Source: Alphaproteobacteria bacterium
Lineage (GTDB): Bacteria > Pseudomonadota > Alphaproteobacteria > UBA828
NCBI GenBank assembly: GCA_965237415.1
Contig: CBDEFM010000002.1
Span: 2,496,001-2,560,000 of the forward strand
Direction of reading: 5' to 3'
DNA length: 64,000 nucleotides
A program made the position numbers and the translations under genes. The notes beneath the pieces are model-generated. The model was not told the origin of the DNA. It saw only the letters and a program-made list of their open reading frames with translations, and made no database searches. Within the stretch, counting starts at the first letter, position 1; each line of letters opens with the position of its first letter. Below, piece by piece: positions 50,738 to 60,178 of the stretch.

Positions 50738-50753
50738 TGATGCTGCCGCGATC

Positions 50754-51071
50754 TCAATTGATGGTGCGAACGGTGCGGTAGCGGCCGTTCTCGAAGCCGC
50801 CGAAGAGGTGGTCCAGCAGCCGGTGGTGAATGGGGCCGCCCTCCGGGTCGGGCTCCAAATGTCGTTCGGCGACATAGGTCGTGTGCGCTGCATCGTGGAC
50901 CAGCACGTGATACCAGGGCCGGTCCTTCGGCGGGCGCGAGCGGGCGACCTGCTCGTACCACTCGTCGGTGCCCTGGAAGTACGGATCCACGTCGAACACC
51001 ACGCCGCGATAGCCGAATTTCAGGTGGTGCACGATCTGGCCGACCTCGAATTTCGCGGCGCTGACCGTCAT
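50754..51071 (-). CDS. hspQ: Heat shock protein HspQ (YccV-like)
   Basis: [40 protein letters not shown]. Confidence 0.92.
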   Translation of the reverse strand: MTVSAAKFEVGQIVHHLKFGYRGVVFDVDPYFQGTDEWYEQVARSRPPKDRPWYHVLVHDAAHTTYVAERHLEPDPEGGPIHHRLLDHLFGGFENGRYRTVRTIN

Positions 51072-51118
51072 CGTTGGCCTCCCACGCCCGTGGCGCCCCG
51101 GCCGCAGGATGAAGCCGG

Positions 51119-51162
51119 GCGCCACCCATGCGCCACTGGTGCGCCACCGGTGCGCCACTATA
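51119..51162. repeat. Four tandem 11-bp direct repeats GCGCCAC-N4
   Basis: GCGCCACCCAT GCGCCACTGGT GCGCCACCGGT GCGCCACTATA. Confidence 0.75.
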
Positions 51163-51242
51163 GTGTGCGCCGGCCTCTCCGGCCAATCGACCCAACGCCA
51201 CGCCGGACTCTTACCGTTGCGTGCAGCCCCGGGGCGTTGAAC

Positions 51243-52232
51243 TTACTGTTCGGCCGTCTGCGCCGCCGAGAGCGATAAGCGGTCGCGATCGTGCGGGCGG
51301 GCGAAGTCGAGCTCCGGCCCCTTGGGCACGATGCGGGTGGGATTGACGCTCACATGGCTGCCGTAATAGTGCCCCTTGATGTGCGCCATGTTCACCGTGT
51401 CGGCGACCCCCGGATACTGGTATAGCTCCCGCACGTAGTTGCCCAGGTTGGGATAGTCCTCGATCCGGCGCCGGTTGCACTTGAAGTGCCCGACATAGAC
51501 GGCATCGAACCGGACCAACGTGGGGAAGAGCCGCCAGTCCGCCTCCGTGATGCGCTCGCCCGCCACGTAGCGTTGCGCGTCCAGCCTCGCCTCCAGCGCG
51601 TCCAAGGTCGCGAACAGCGCGTCGAAGGCGTCCTCATAGGCCGCCTGCGATCGGGCGAAACCGGTCTTGTAGACGCCGTTGTTCACGTGCTCGTAGATCG
51701 GCTCGTTGATCGCGTCGATCTCGTCCCGAAGCGGCGCCGGGTAGAAATCCGGCTCGCCGTTGCCCCATCCGTTGAACGCCACATTGAGCATCCGGATGAT
51801 CTCGGCGGACTCGTTGTTGACGATAGTCTTTTCCCGCTTGTCCCAGAGCACAGGCACCGAGACGCGGCCGGTATAATCGTCCTTCGCCAGCTTGTAGATC
51901 TCGCGCAGATACCGGGTGCCGTTGAGCGTGTCCGGGATACAGCCCGGTCCGTCGCTGAAGTGCCAGCCTTCGTCGCTCGTAAACGGGTCGACCACCGAGA
52001 CCGAAATCACATCCTCAAGCTTGCGCAGCGCACGAAAGATCATCGTGCGGTGCGCCCAGGGGCATGCGTGCGACACATAGAGGTGGTAGCGGCCCGGCTC
52101 GGCCTTGAAGCCGGAGGAGCCATCGGCGGTGACGGTGTTGCGAAAGGAGGTCGTGGCGCGCACGAAGCGGCCGTCGGCCGCAGTCCTTTCGTCCCCATCC
52201 TTGAGCCACGCGCCGTCGATCATCGTGCCCAT
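51243..52232 (-). CDS. yqjG: Glutathionyl-hydroquinone reductase (YqjG/GST-Xi family)
   Basis: ACPWAHRT, VPVLWD, IVNNESAEI, NNGVYKTGFA, RFDAVY..HFKCN. Confidence 0.92.
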   Translation of the reverse strand: MGTMIDGAWLKDGDERTAADGRFVRATTSFRNTVTADGSSGFKAEPGRYHLYVSHACPWAHRTMIFRALRKLEDVISVSVVDPFTSDEGWHFSDGPGCIPDTLNGTRYLREIYKLAKDDYTGRVSVPVLWDKREKTIVNNESAEIIRMLNVAFNGWGNGEPDFYPAPLRDEIDAINEPIYEHVNNGVYKTGFARSQAAYEDAFDALFATLDALEARLDAQRYVAGERITEADWRLFPTLVRFDAVYVGHFKCNRRRIEDYPNLGNYVRELYQYPGVADTVNMAHIKGHYYGSHVSVNPTRIVPKGPELDFARPHDRDRLSLSAAQTAEQ

Positions 52233-52264
52233 CGTATGGTCTCCTAGTGCGGTGCGGTGCGGGC

Positions 52265-53320
52265 TCAGAGAGCTTCGCGCGAACGGCTGGCGGCGGAGGC
52301 AGCAGGGGCCGGCGGCTCCGGCGAGGGTGGCGCCTCGGCTCGTCGTATCCGGATGCGGGAGAGAAGGCTCTTTCCCTCGGCGATCTGCCAAGCAAGGAGG
52401 CCGGGAACGCCGATCACCAGCTCGCGTACCCGCTTGACCAGCGATAGCGCGAGCGCCACTTCGGGCCCGAGGCCGATCATCCCGCCGAGCAGCACCAGCA
52501 CGCCCTCTTGCACGCCAAGCGCGCCCGGCACGAAGAACGCGGCGGTGCGCGTCGCCAGGATGAGGCTCTCGAGTAGCAGCGCGTCGGCGACGGTGACCTC
52601 ATGGCCCATGAAGTGGAGCGCGGCATAGACCTCGGCCGCGCCGAGCACCCAGGCGGCGAGCTGGCCGGTCGCGTTGCCCGCCAGAAGCCAGCGCCGGCGG
52701 TAGAGATCGAGGATCGCCTCGTCGAGCGCCTGGGCGCCGCCGATGGCGTTGTCCCAGGCTCGACCCCTGGCGAAGCGTGCCACGAGGCCGGTGATCCAGC
52801 CGAAGAGGCCGCGCTGTTGGAAGACGCAGAGCAGGATGACGACCACGAACCCGCCCGCGACGCAAAAGCCGATGGCGCGCGCGATATCGCTCTCGCCGTG
52901 GTGGGCCATCAGCAGGCCAATGCCGACCAGGGTGAAGAACAGCAGGGTGATCGTGCTTAGGGTAAGGTCGACGACGACACTCGCGCCCGCGATTCGCCCG
53001 GGCACGCCGCGCATGACCATGAGCCGCGAGCGGACCACCGCGCCCCCCACCTGAAACGCCGGCACCAGCGTGTTGACCGCTTCCCCGATCCAGCGCGCCC
53101 AGAGCGCCGTCAGCACCGGCGGCCGGTGGCCTTCCAGAAAAAGCAGCCGCCAGACATAGCCGTCGAGCATGATCGGCACGAGGCGCACCAGGACGACCAC
53201 GACGATTCCCCAGCTCACCGCGGCGACGGCAGCCGCCACGTCGCCGGCGCCCTGATAGCACACCAGCCCGATGACCAGCGCGATACCGACGATGAGTCCG
53301 ATGTAGCTCCAGCGCCTCAC
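52265..53320 (-). CDS. HpnL / lysylphosphatidylglycerol synthase TM-domain (flippase-like) membrane protein
   Basis: Multi-TM protein; RWIGEAVNTLVP..QVGG, FFVPGALGVQEG, ALALSLVKRVRE. GTG start inferred. Confidence 0.82.
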   Translation of the reverse strand: MRRWSYIGLIVGIALVIGLVCYQGAGDVAAAVAAVSWGIVVVVLVRLVPIMLDGYVWRLLFLEGHRPPVLTALWARWIGEAVNTLVPAFQVGGAVVRSRLMVMRGVPGRIAGASVVVDLTLSTITLLFFTLVGIGLLMAHHGESDIARAIGFCVAGGFVVVILLCVFQQRGLFGWITGLVARFARGRAWDNAIGGAQALDEAILDLYRRRWLLAGNATGQLAAWVLGAAEVYAALHFMGHEVTVADALLLESLILATRTAAFFVPGALGVQEGVLVLLGGMIGLGPEVALALSLVKRVRELVIGVPGLLAWQIAEGKSLLSRIRIRRAEAPPSPEPPAPAASAASRSREAL

Positions 53321-53475
53321 CGGCGATTCCTTCTTCCACCATGAGCGCGAGAGGCCCCCGGCCGGGCCGGGGGGCGCCCCATTATACCGGCGCGCTCGCG
53401 AATCGACTCGTCCATTGATTGGAGCGGTTGTGCTGCCCGAATTGCCTCCTCGGCTGTACCAGGACCGCGGCAGCG

Positions 53476-54702
53476 CTAAGACGGGCCGAGGAGCTCCGCC
53501 GGCGGGCGACGGAAGGTCATGCGCCCGCGCTTGAAGCCGTAGAGCGGCGGGGCCACCGCGGCCACCGCTTGAGCCGGATCGGCCGCGTCGAGCACCACGA
53601 GGTCGGCCGCCTTGCCTGGGGCGATGCCGTAATCGTCGAGGCCGAGGATGCGGGCCGAGCGGCGCGTAATCATGTCGAAGCAGTCGAGCATCTCCGACCG
53701 CGCGCCGACGTGGCAGACATTGGCGTAGAGGTTCGCCATGCGGATCAGCGAACAATCGCCGAAGGGCGTGAACGGGTTGAGCACGTTGTTGGATGACAGC
53801 GAGCAATTGACGCCGTGGCCGAGCAGACGATGCGCGGCCGTGACTCCGCGCCGCACGTTGGCCTCGTCGCCCCGCCCCATGAGGAAGAGATCGGTCGCGG
53901 GCAGCACGGTGCAGGCGACGCCGGCCTCGGCCATGCGATCGGCAGTGTGCGCCAGATGCTCAGGGCTTGCGGCCGAGAGCTTGGTGACGTGGCCGACCGT
54001 CACCCGCCCGCCATAGCCGAAGCGCTCGGTCAGGTTACAGACCTGATCGAGATCGAGATCGTCCGCGCTCTCGCCGAAGTCGAGGTGCATGTCGATATCG
54101 ACATCGAATTGGCGGGCGAGCGCGAACACCCGGTCGATCTGCCCGGCGGGGTCGCTGTCGGTATAGGGCGCGGCACCGACCACGCGTGCGCCGCGTTCCA
54201 GCGCCTCCACCATGAGCTCGTCGGTGCCCGGGTTGTTGAGCAGCCCCTCCTGCGGGAAGACGCAGATCTCGAGGTCGATCGCCCAGCGATAGGCGTCGAT
54301 CAGCGGCAGCACGCCCTCGAAGCCGCGCATGCCGATACCGGGATCGACCTCCAGATGGGTGCGCACGTGGGTGGTACCCTGAGCGATGCAGGCGTCGAGC
54401 ACGCGGCGTGCGCGTGCGTTCACGTCGTCGGCCGTGAATTCCCGTTTGACCCGCGCCACCTCGTCGATGGCCTCGGCGAGATCGCCTCTCTCCGAGCGGC
54501 AGCGGTCGAGGATGCAGGCCTTGTCGAGATGGATGTGGGTCTCGATGAAACCGGGCGCCACCAAGCGGCCATCGAGATCGAGCACCGGCGCGTCCGCCTC
54601 GATCGTCGGCTCGAGCGCGGCGATACGCCCGTCGGCGATGCCGATATCGAGTCTGGTGCCGTCGCCGCCGGCAACGACCGCACCGCGCAGGATGTGATCC
54701 AT
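53476..54702 (-). CDS. Cytosine deaminase-like amidohydrolase with non-canonical catalytic residues
   Basis: PGFIETHIHLDKA, RTHLEVD, FPQEG, DMHLD, GHVTKL, SSNNVLNPF, GKAADLV; GGAGG SD. Confidence 0.85.
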   Translation of the reverse strand: MDHILRGAVVAGGDGTRLDIGIADGRIAALEPTIEADAPVLDLDGRLVAPGFIETHIHLDKACILDRCRSERGDLAEAIDEVARVKREFTADDVNARARRVLDACIAQGTTHVRTHLEVDPGIGMRGFEGVLPLIDAYRWAIDLEICVFPQEGLLNNPGTDELMVEALERGARVVGAAPYTDSDPAGQIDRVFALARQFDVDIDMHLDFGESADDLDLDQVCNLTERFGYGGRVTVGHVTKLSAASPEHLAHTADRMAEAGVACTVLPATDLFLMGRGDEANVRRGVTAAHRLLGHGVNCSLSSNNVLNPFTPFGDCSLIRMANLYANVCHVGARSEMLDCFDMITRRSARILGLDDYGIAPGKAADLVVLDAADPAQAVAAVAPPLYGFKRGRMTFRRPPAELLGPS

Positions 54703-54727
54703 CCCTCCGCCCTCTCGTGCGCGGGCC

Positions 54728-56440
54728 CTAGCGCAGCATGTAACGCTGGGCGAGCGGCAGCTCGTCCGCCGGCTCGCAGGTCGCGAGCTCACCGTCGACA
54801 CGGACCTCGAAGGTCTCGGGGTCCACGCTCACCTCGGGGCAGGCGTCGTTGTGCAGCATGTGGCCCTTGGCGAGCTTGCGCGTGCCCTGCACAGGAACGG
54901 TCCGGCTCTCCAGCCCCAGCTTGCCGGCGATATCGGCATCGGCCGCCGCCTGCGATATGAAACTGAGGCTGAGCGCCTCCTTCGCCCGGCCGAAGGCGCC
55001 CCACTGCGGTCGCATCAGCACCGGCTCGCAGGTCATCAGCGAAGCGGCGCTGTCCCCCATCGCCGACCACACGATGAATCCGCCCTTGATGACCAGCTCC
55101 GGCTTGATGCCGAAGAAGGCCGGGCGCCAGAGCACGAGGTCCGCGAGCTTGCCCGCCTCCAGCGAGCCGACATGGCGGTCGATGCCGAAGGTGCGGGCCG
55201 CGTTGATGGTGTACTTCGCGATGTAGCGCTTGATCCGCTCGTTGTCGCCTTTCGCCGTCTGCTCCGATGCGAGCCGGCCGCGCTGGCCCCGCATCTTGGA
55301 CGCAAGTTGCCAAGTGCGGCAGATGACCTCGTTGATCCGCCCCATCCCCTGGCTGTCCGAACCCAGCATCGAGATCGCACCGATATCGTGCAGCACGTCT
55401 TCGGCGGCGATGGTCTGCGCCCGCACCCGGCTTTCGGCAAAGGCCACGTCCTCGGGCACCGCCGGGTTCAGGTGGTGGCAGACCATGATCATGTCGAGAT
55501 GCTCGTCGAAGGTGTTCCGCGTGTAGGGGTTGGTGGGATTAGTCGACGACGGCAGGCAGTTAGGCTCGCCGGTGATGCGGATGATGTCCGGCGCATGACC
55601 GCCACCGGCGCCTTCGGCGTGATACATGTGGATCGTGCGGCCCTTGATGGCGGCCAGCGTCTCTTCCAGAAAGCCGCTCTCATTCAGGGTGTCGGTGTGA
55701 AGCTGGACCTGGAAGTCCATCTCGTCGGCGACGCCGAGGCAGCAATCGATTGCCGACGGCATTGCGCCCCAGTCCTCGTGGATCTTGAGCCCCATGCAGC
55801 CGCCGGCGATCTGATCGACCAGCGACTGGGGCTTGGCCGAGTTACCGCGCCCGAGGAAGCCGAAGTTGATTGGCCATGCCTCGGCCGCCTGCAGCATTTT
55901 GCCGACGTTCCAGGCGCCGCCGCAGTCGATACCGACGGTGATCGGCCCGAGCGAGCCGCCCAGCATCGTCGTGATGCCGCTCGCGATGGCGTGTTCGCAG
56001 AGCTGCGCGCTGTCGAAATGGACGTGCACGTCGATGCCGCCCGGCGTCGCGATCAGCCCCTCCGCATCGCGCACGGTGGTCGCGGCACCGCAGAGCAGCG
56101 CCGGGTCCACGCCGTCCATGACCGCCGGGTTGCCGGCCTTGCCGACACCGGCGATGAGGCCCTCCTTGATCCCGATGTCCCCCTTGACGATGCCGAGCAC
56201 CGGATCGATGACGACGGCGTTGGAGACCAGCATATCCAGGGAGCCGCCGGCGCTGTCGAGCCCGGCCACGAGGCCGATGCCGTCACGCAGCGTCTTGCCG
56301 CCGCCGTGCAGGCATTCCTCGCCCGGCACGCCGTGGTCGTGCTCGATCTCGGCCAGGAGCTCGCTGTCCCCCAGCCGCACGCAATCGCCCGTCGTGGGCC
56401 CGTAGAGCGCCGCATAGTCCGCCCGGCTCATCCATGCCAT
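54728..56440 (-). CDS. ureC: Urease alpha subunit paralog (divergent)
   Basis: [66 protein letters not shown]. Confidence 0.93.
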   Translation of the reverse strand: MAWMSRADYAALYGPTTGDCVRLGDSELLAEIEHDHGVPGEECLHGGGKTLRDGIGLVAGLDSAGGSLDMLVSNAVVIDPVLGIVKGDIGIKEGLIAGVGKAGNPAVMDGVDPALLCGAATTVRDAEGLIATPGGIDVHVHFDSAQLCEHAIASGITTMLGGSLGPITVGIDCGGAWNVGKMLQAAEAWPINFGFLGRGNSAKPQSLVDQIAGGCMGLKIHEDWGAMPSAIDCCLGVADEMDFQVQLHTDTLNESGFLEETLAAIKGRTIHMYHAEGAGGGHAPDIIRITGEPNCLPSSTNPTNPYTRNTFDEHLDMIMVCHHLNPAVPEDVAFAESRVRAQTIAAEDVLHDIGAISMLGSDSQGMGRINEVICRTWQLASKMRGQRGRLASEQTAKGDNERIKRYIAKYTINAARTFGIDRHVGSLEAGKLADLVLWRPAFFGIKPELVIKGGFIVWSAMGDSAASLMTCEPVLMRPQWGAFGRAKEALSLSFISQAAADADIAGKLGLESRTVPVQGTRKLAKGHMLHNDACPEVSVDPETFEVRVDGELATCEPADELPLAQRYMLR

Positions 56441-56443
56441 CGC

Positions 56444-57139
56444 TCAAGCTCCCTTGAAGCCGCGGGCGCGGGCGCGGGCCAGCGCCTCCTGCTTGACGCT
56501 TTCGGAGCGCCGCGAACCCTGGGTGAGGTCGTTGAGCCCTACCATCTCGCCGCTGCCGCCGAACTCGACGAGGGTGACCTCCTTCGTCTCCCCCGGCGCG
56601 AAGCGCACCGCCGTGCCGGCAGGGATGTCGAGGCGCATCCCGAAAGCCGCAGCGCGGTCGAAGTCGAGATGCCGGTTCACCTCGAAGAAGTGGTAGTGGC
56701 TGCCGATCTGCACCGGCCGGTCGCCTGTGTTGGTGACCGCGACAGTTGCGGTCGGCCGGCCCGCGTTGATCTCGATCTCGCCCTCGGCGGGGATGATCTC
56801 GCCCGGGCGCACGCTCTCATCCCGTGCCTTCTTTCCAGGGCGGATCGGCTCGTGGACCGTCACCAGCTTGGTGCCGTCGGGGAAGGTGCCTTCCACCTGC
56901 AGCATGGGCATCATGTCGGCGACGCCCGGCATGACATCGTCGGTGGTGAGGATGGTCGCGCCATACTCGATCAGCTCGGCCACCGAGCGCCCGTCGCGCG
57001 CGCCTTCCAGAATCTCGTCGCTGATGAGCGCCACAGCCTCCGGATGGTTTAGCGCGCGGCCCCGCGCGCGGCGCCGGCGCGCGAGCTCGGCGGCGGTGAA
57101 GATGGTGAGCCGCTCTATCTCCGTCGGTGTCAGCAGCAT
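56444..57139 (-). CDS. ureAB: Fused urease gamma-beta subunit
   Basis: Gamma: [27 protein letters not shown]. Beta: [35 protein letters not shown]. Both are in one ORF. Confidence 0.94.
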   Translation of the reverse strand: MLLTPTEIERLTIFTAAELARRRRARGRALNHPEAVALISDEILEGARDGRSVAELIEYGATILTTDDVMPGVADMMPMLQVEGTFPDGTKLVTVHEPIRPGKKARDESVRPGEIIPAEGEIEINAGRPTATVAVTNTGDRPVQIGSHYHFFEVNRHLDFDRAAAFGMRLDIPAGTAVRFAPGETKEVTLVEFGGSGEMVGLNDLTQGSRRSESVKQEALARARARGFKGA

Positions 57140-57154
57140 CGTGGGCCACCCTGA

Positions 57155-57859
57155 TCAGTTGCTGAAGAGTCGAACCGCCGCTTCCTCGTGGCGGGCCGCC
57201 GCGACATCGGCGAGCGGCACATAGGAGCGCGCCTCATCGAGGCGAGGCGCCGGGCGGGCGAGAAGCGCCGCCATCCTGGGCCTGAGACCGCGCAGCATGA
57301 TCTGCGCGTCGAGGTGGCCGATCAAGCCGAGCCTGAGCGCCGCCCCCAGGATCGTCGCACAAAGCCCGTGCAGGCTCACCGCCTCGGCACGGTCGAGGTC
57401 GAGGCCTGAGCCGGCCAGCACCACCCCCTGCACCACGGCGAGATGGCCATGCGCCTCACCGGCACGGAGCCGCGCGCGATAGGTTTGGGCACCGGGCGTC
57501 TCCATGCGCGCGTGAACGCCGAGCAACGCAGCGCCTCCCTTGCGCGAGCCCTCGCGCAACTCGCGCGGCAGTGCCATCGCCTCCTGCAGGGCGTCGATCT
57601 CGGCGACCGCCGGCCAGTCGGGGCAGGCGCGGTGGGCGGCGGCGAGGAAGGCGCGCTCCGCCGTAGCCCAGCGATCGGTCACCTGATCGGTAAGGAACGC
57701 GTTGAGTCCGGCAGCGTCGACAACGATGCCGTCGGCATAGAGCGTCTCCAGCCCGAGCGAGAACGACACCGCGCCGCTGGGAAAGAAGCTGTCGCCGAAC
57801 TGCAGCGCCGCGAGATCGGCGGCCACGTCGCCCTGCGCCTTCGCCTTCGTGCCGCTCAT
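57155..57859 (-). CDS. ureF: Urease accessory protein UreF
   Basis: LQFGDSFFPSG..SFSLGLE, AALRL, and C-terminal HE...RLFSN. Confidence 0.88.
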   Translation of the reverse strand: MSGTKAKAQGDVAADLAALQFGDSFFPSGAVSFSLGLETLYADGIVVDAAGLNAFLTDQVTDRWATAERAFLAAAHRACPDWPAVAEIDALQEAMALPRELREGSRKGGAALLGVHARMETPGAQTYRARLRAGEAHGHLAVVQGVVLAGSGLDLDRAEAVSLHGLCATILGAALRLGLIGHLDAQIMLRGLRPRMAALLARPAPRLDEARSYVPLADVAAARHEEAAVRLFSN

Positions 57860-57866
57860 GCCCGCA

Positions 57867-58040
57867 TCACTCAAATCGGGGCGGCTCCCGCATCGGCTCC
57901 CGCGGCGGAAGCTCCAACACCACGTCCCCGAAGGGTTTGAAGAGCGCGTGCAGCGCCGTCCCCAGTCCCTTCGTCGGAACCGGTTCTCCCTCGACCGCCT
58001 CGGCCATATCCGATCTCGTTTCTTCTTCCATCGAGCGGCA
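57867..58040 (-). pseudogene. Truncated FitA-like (RHH/plasmid stability) antitoxin remnant
   Basis: RSMEEETR...GLGTALHALFKPFGDVVLELPPREPMREPPRFE resembles the C-terminal part of FitA-type antitoxins. The N-terminal ITIRNLDD beta-strand is absent and no PIN toxin follows. Confidence 0.65.
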
Positions 58041-58139
58041 CCTTACCCGCCGCTGCAAAGGCGGCGAAAGCCTGTTGTCACGGCCCGCGGCCACGGTCAT
58101 GGTCCACCCGGCAGGCACGGGCGCGAGCGGGAGGCGGGC

Positions 58140-59582
58140 ATGGCCGGGGCAGAGCAGTACGACGTCCTCTTCACGGGCGGCATGGTAATCGACGGCACTG
58201 GCGCTGCGCGCCAGCGCGCCGACGTCGCCGTCTCGGGCGATCGCATCGCCGCTGTGGGCGATCTGGCGGGGGCGGAGGCCGCGCGCACCATCGACGCCGC
58301 CGGGCGCATCGTCTCGCCCGGCTTCATCGACGCCCACACCCACGACGACAACCTGCTGCTGGTCGACCGGGACATGACACCCAAGACGAGCCAGGGCGTC
58401 ACCACGGTGATCGCCGGCAATTGCGGGGTGAGCCTCGCGCCGCTCGCGCCGGGTCGCCCGGTGCCGCCGCCGCTCGACCTGCTGGGCGGACCCGCCGACT
58501 TCCGCTATCCCCGCTTCGCCGATTATGTGGCGGCGCTCGACGCGGCCCCGCCTGCGGCCAATGCCGGCCTTCTGGTCGGCCATTCGGCGCTCCGCCTCGA
58601 CACGATGGACGACGTGGACTGCCCGGCGACGGCCAGCGAGATCGACGCGATGCGGGAGCGGCTGGCCGAGGGGATGGAAGCCGGCGCATTGGGCTTCAGC
58701 ACCGGGCTCATCTACGGGCCCAACAAGGCGGCGACCACCGACGAAGTTGCGGCCGTCGCCGAGGTCGCAGGCGCCGCCGGCGGCCTCTACGTCACCCACA
58801 TGCGCAATGAGCATGACGGCATCGAGGAGGCGATGGAGGAAGCCTTCGAGATCGGCCGCCGCGCCGGCGCCGGCGTCGTCATCTCCCACCACAAGTGCGC
58901 CGGCCGCCAGAACTTCGGGCGGAGCCGCGACACGCTCGCGCTGCTCGATAAGGCCCGCGAGCGCCAGGCCATCGGCCTCGATGTCTATCCCTACACCGCA
59001 GGCTCCACGGTGCTGCTGGCGGAGATGGTGGAGAAGGCGGAGCGGGTGATCGTCACCTGGTCCGAGCCGCATCCGGAATACGCGGGCCGCGACCTCCCCG
59101 AAGTCGCTGCCGAGTTCGGCCTCGACCCGGTCGCCGCCGTGGCGAAGCTGAGCCCGGCGGGCGGCATCTACTTCATGATGGACGAGGCGGACGTGCGCCG
59201 CATCATCGCTTATCCGCACAGTATGATCGGCTCAGACGGCCTGCCCCACGACCGCCATCCCCATCCGAGGCTCTGGGGCACCTTCCCGCGCGTGCTGGGC
59301 CACTATGCGCGCGAGCTCGGCCTGCTCACGCTGGAGGACGCGGTGCGTCGCATGACCGGGCTCACCGCCGCCCAGTTCGGCCTCACCGACCGCGGCGAGG
59401 TGCGCGCCGGCGCCTATGCCGATCTCGTGATGTTCGATGCGGAGACCATCGCCGACGAGGCGACCTTCGAGGCGCCGACCCGGCCTGCCGCCGGCATCGA
59501 TATCGTCATGGTGAATGGCGCCATCGTGCGCGAAGGGGACCGGGTCACCGGCAAGCGGCCGGGCCGGGCACTGCGACGCTAA
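58140..59582 (+). CDS. N-acyl-D-amino acid deacylase (D-aminoacylase)
   Basis: PGFIDAHTHDD, QGVTTVIAGNCG, HMRNE, ISHHK, DVYPY, GSDG, HPRLWGTFPRVLG. Confidence 0.93.
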   Translation: MAGAEQYDVLFTGGMVIDGTGAARQRADVAVSGDRIAAVGDLAGAEAARTIDAAGRIVSPGFIDAHTHDDNLLLVDRDMTPKTSQGVTTVIAGNCGVSLAPLAPGRPVPPPLDLLGGPADFRYPRFADYVAALDAAPPAANAGLLVGHSALRLDTMDDVDCPATASEIDAMRERLAEGMEAGALGFSTGLIYGPNKAATTDEVAAVAEVAGAAGGLYVTHMRNEHDGIEEAMEEAFEIGRRAGAGVVISHHKCAGRQNFGRSRDTLALLDKARERQAIGLDVYPYTAGSTVLLAEMVEKAERVIVTWSEPHPEYAGRDLPEVAAEFGLDPVAAVAKLSPAGGIYFMMDEADVRRIIAYPHSMIGSDGLPHDRHPHPRLWGTFPRVLGHYARELGLLTLEDAVRRMTGLTAAQFGLTDRGEVRAGAYADLVMFDAETIADEATFEAPTRPAAGIDIVMVNGAIVREGDRVTGKRPGRALRR

Positions 59583-59600
59583 AAACCGGCGCCGCCGGCT
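59581..59600 (-). terminator. Probable intrinsic terminator between convergent genes
   Basis: Minus strand CCGGC-GGC-GCCGG followed by TTTTT, right after the TPR gene stop. Confidence 0.5.
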
Positions 59601-60178
59601 TAGATCTCGTGGCGGCCGAGCCGGTCGCGAAGCTGCTCCACGCGCCGGTTGACCCCCGGCATGTGGGGGTTGTGGACCAGCGCCCGCTCGAACGCGGCGA
59701 GCGCCTCTTCCTCGTTGCCGAGCGCGCCGTGGCAGAGGCCGAGCCCCGAGAGGGCGCCGAAGTGGCGGGGCTCACGCTTGAGCGTCTCGTCGATATCGGC
59801 GATGGAGCCCTCGTAGTCGCCCATCAGGTAGCGCAGCGTAGCACGGCGGTTCCAGCCCTCGGAGAGGTCCGGCCGGTGCTCGATGACCCCGTTGAGGATC
59901 GCGTACGACTGGTTGAAGCGACCCGTGGAGAGCGCCCTATCGCCCGCGAGGAGCATCCGGTCCATCTCTTCCGAGCCGGTATCGAACCAGTGGAACCAGA
60001 TTTGCGACTCAATCTGGCGGACCTGCTGCGGGCTCTGCGCGGATTTGAGGTCGCGGAAGAGTCCGTCCAGCGCCGGGTCGTTCTGATCGGCCAAGACCGT
60101 CCCCATAGTGCCAAGGGCGAGCAGCAGCGCGAGCGCCAATGCAGGCAGGCATCGCAGGCAGCGGCTCAAGGACACCAT
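59600..60178 (-). CDS. Exported tetratricopeptide repeat protein
   Basis: Signal peptide, ADQNDP.LD.LF, EGWNRRAT, EPRHFGALSGLG. Confidence 0.87.
   Translation of the reverse strand: MVSLSRCLRCLPALALALLLALGTMGTVLADQNDPALDGLFRDLKSAQSPQQVRQIESQIWFHWFDTGSEEMDRMLLAGDRALSTGRFNQSYAILNGVIEHRPDLSEGWNRRATLRYLMGDYEGSIADIDETLKREPRHFGALSGLGLCHGALGNEEEALAAFERALVHNPHMPGVNRRVEQLRDRLGRHEI

Noticed and set aside
52265-53320. Hopanoid biosynthesis locus
   Set aside because: Only an HpnL-like membrane protein is present; no shc or other hpn genes lie in the window.
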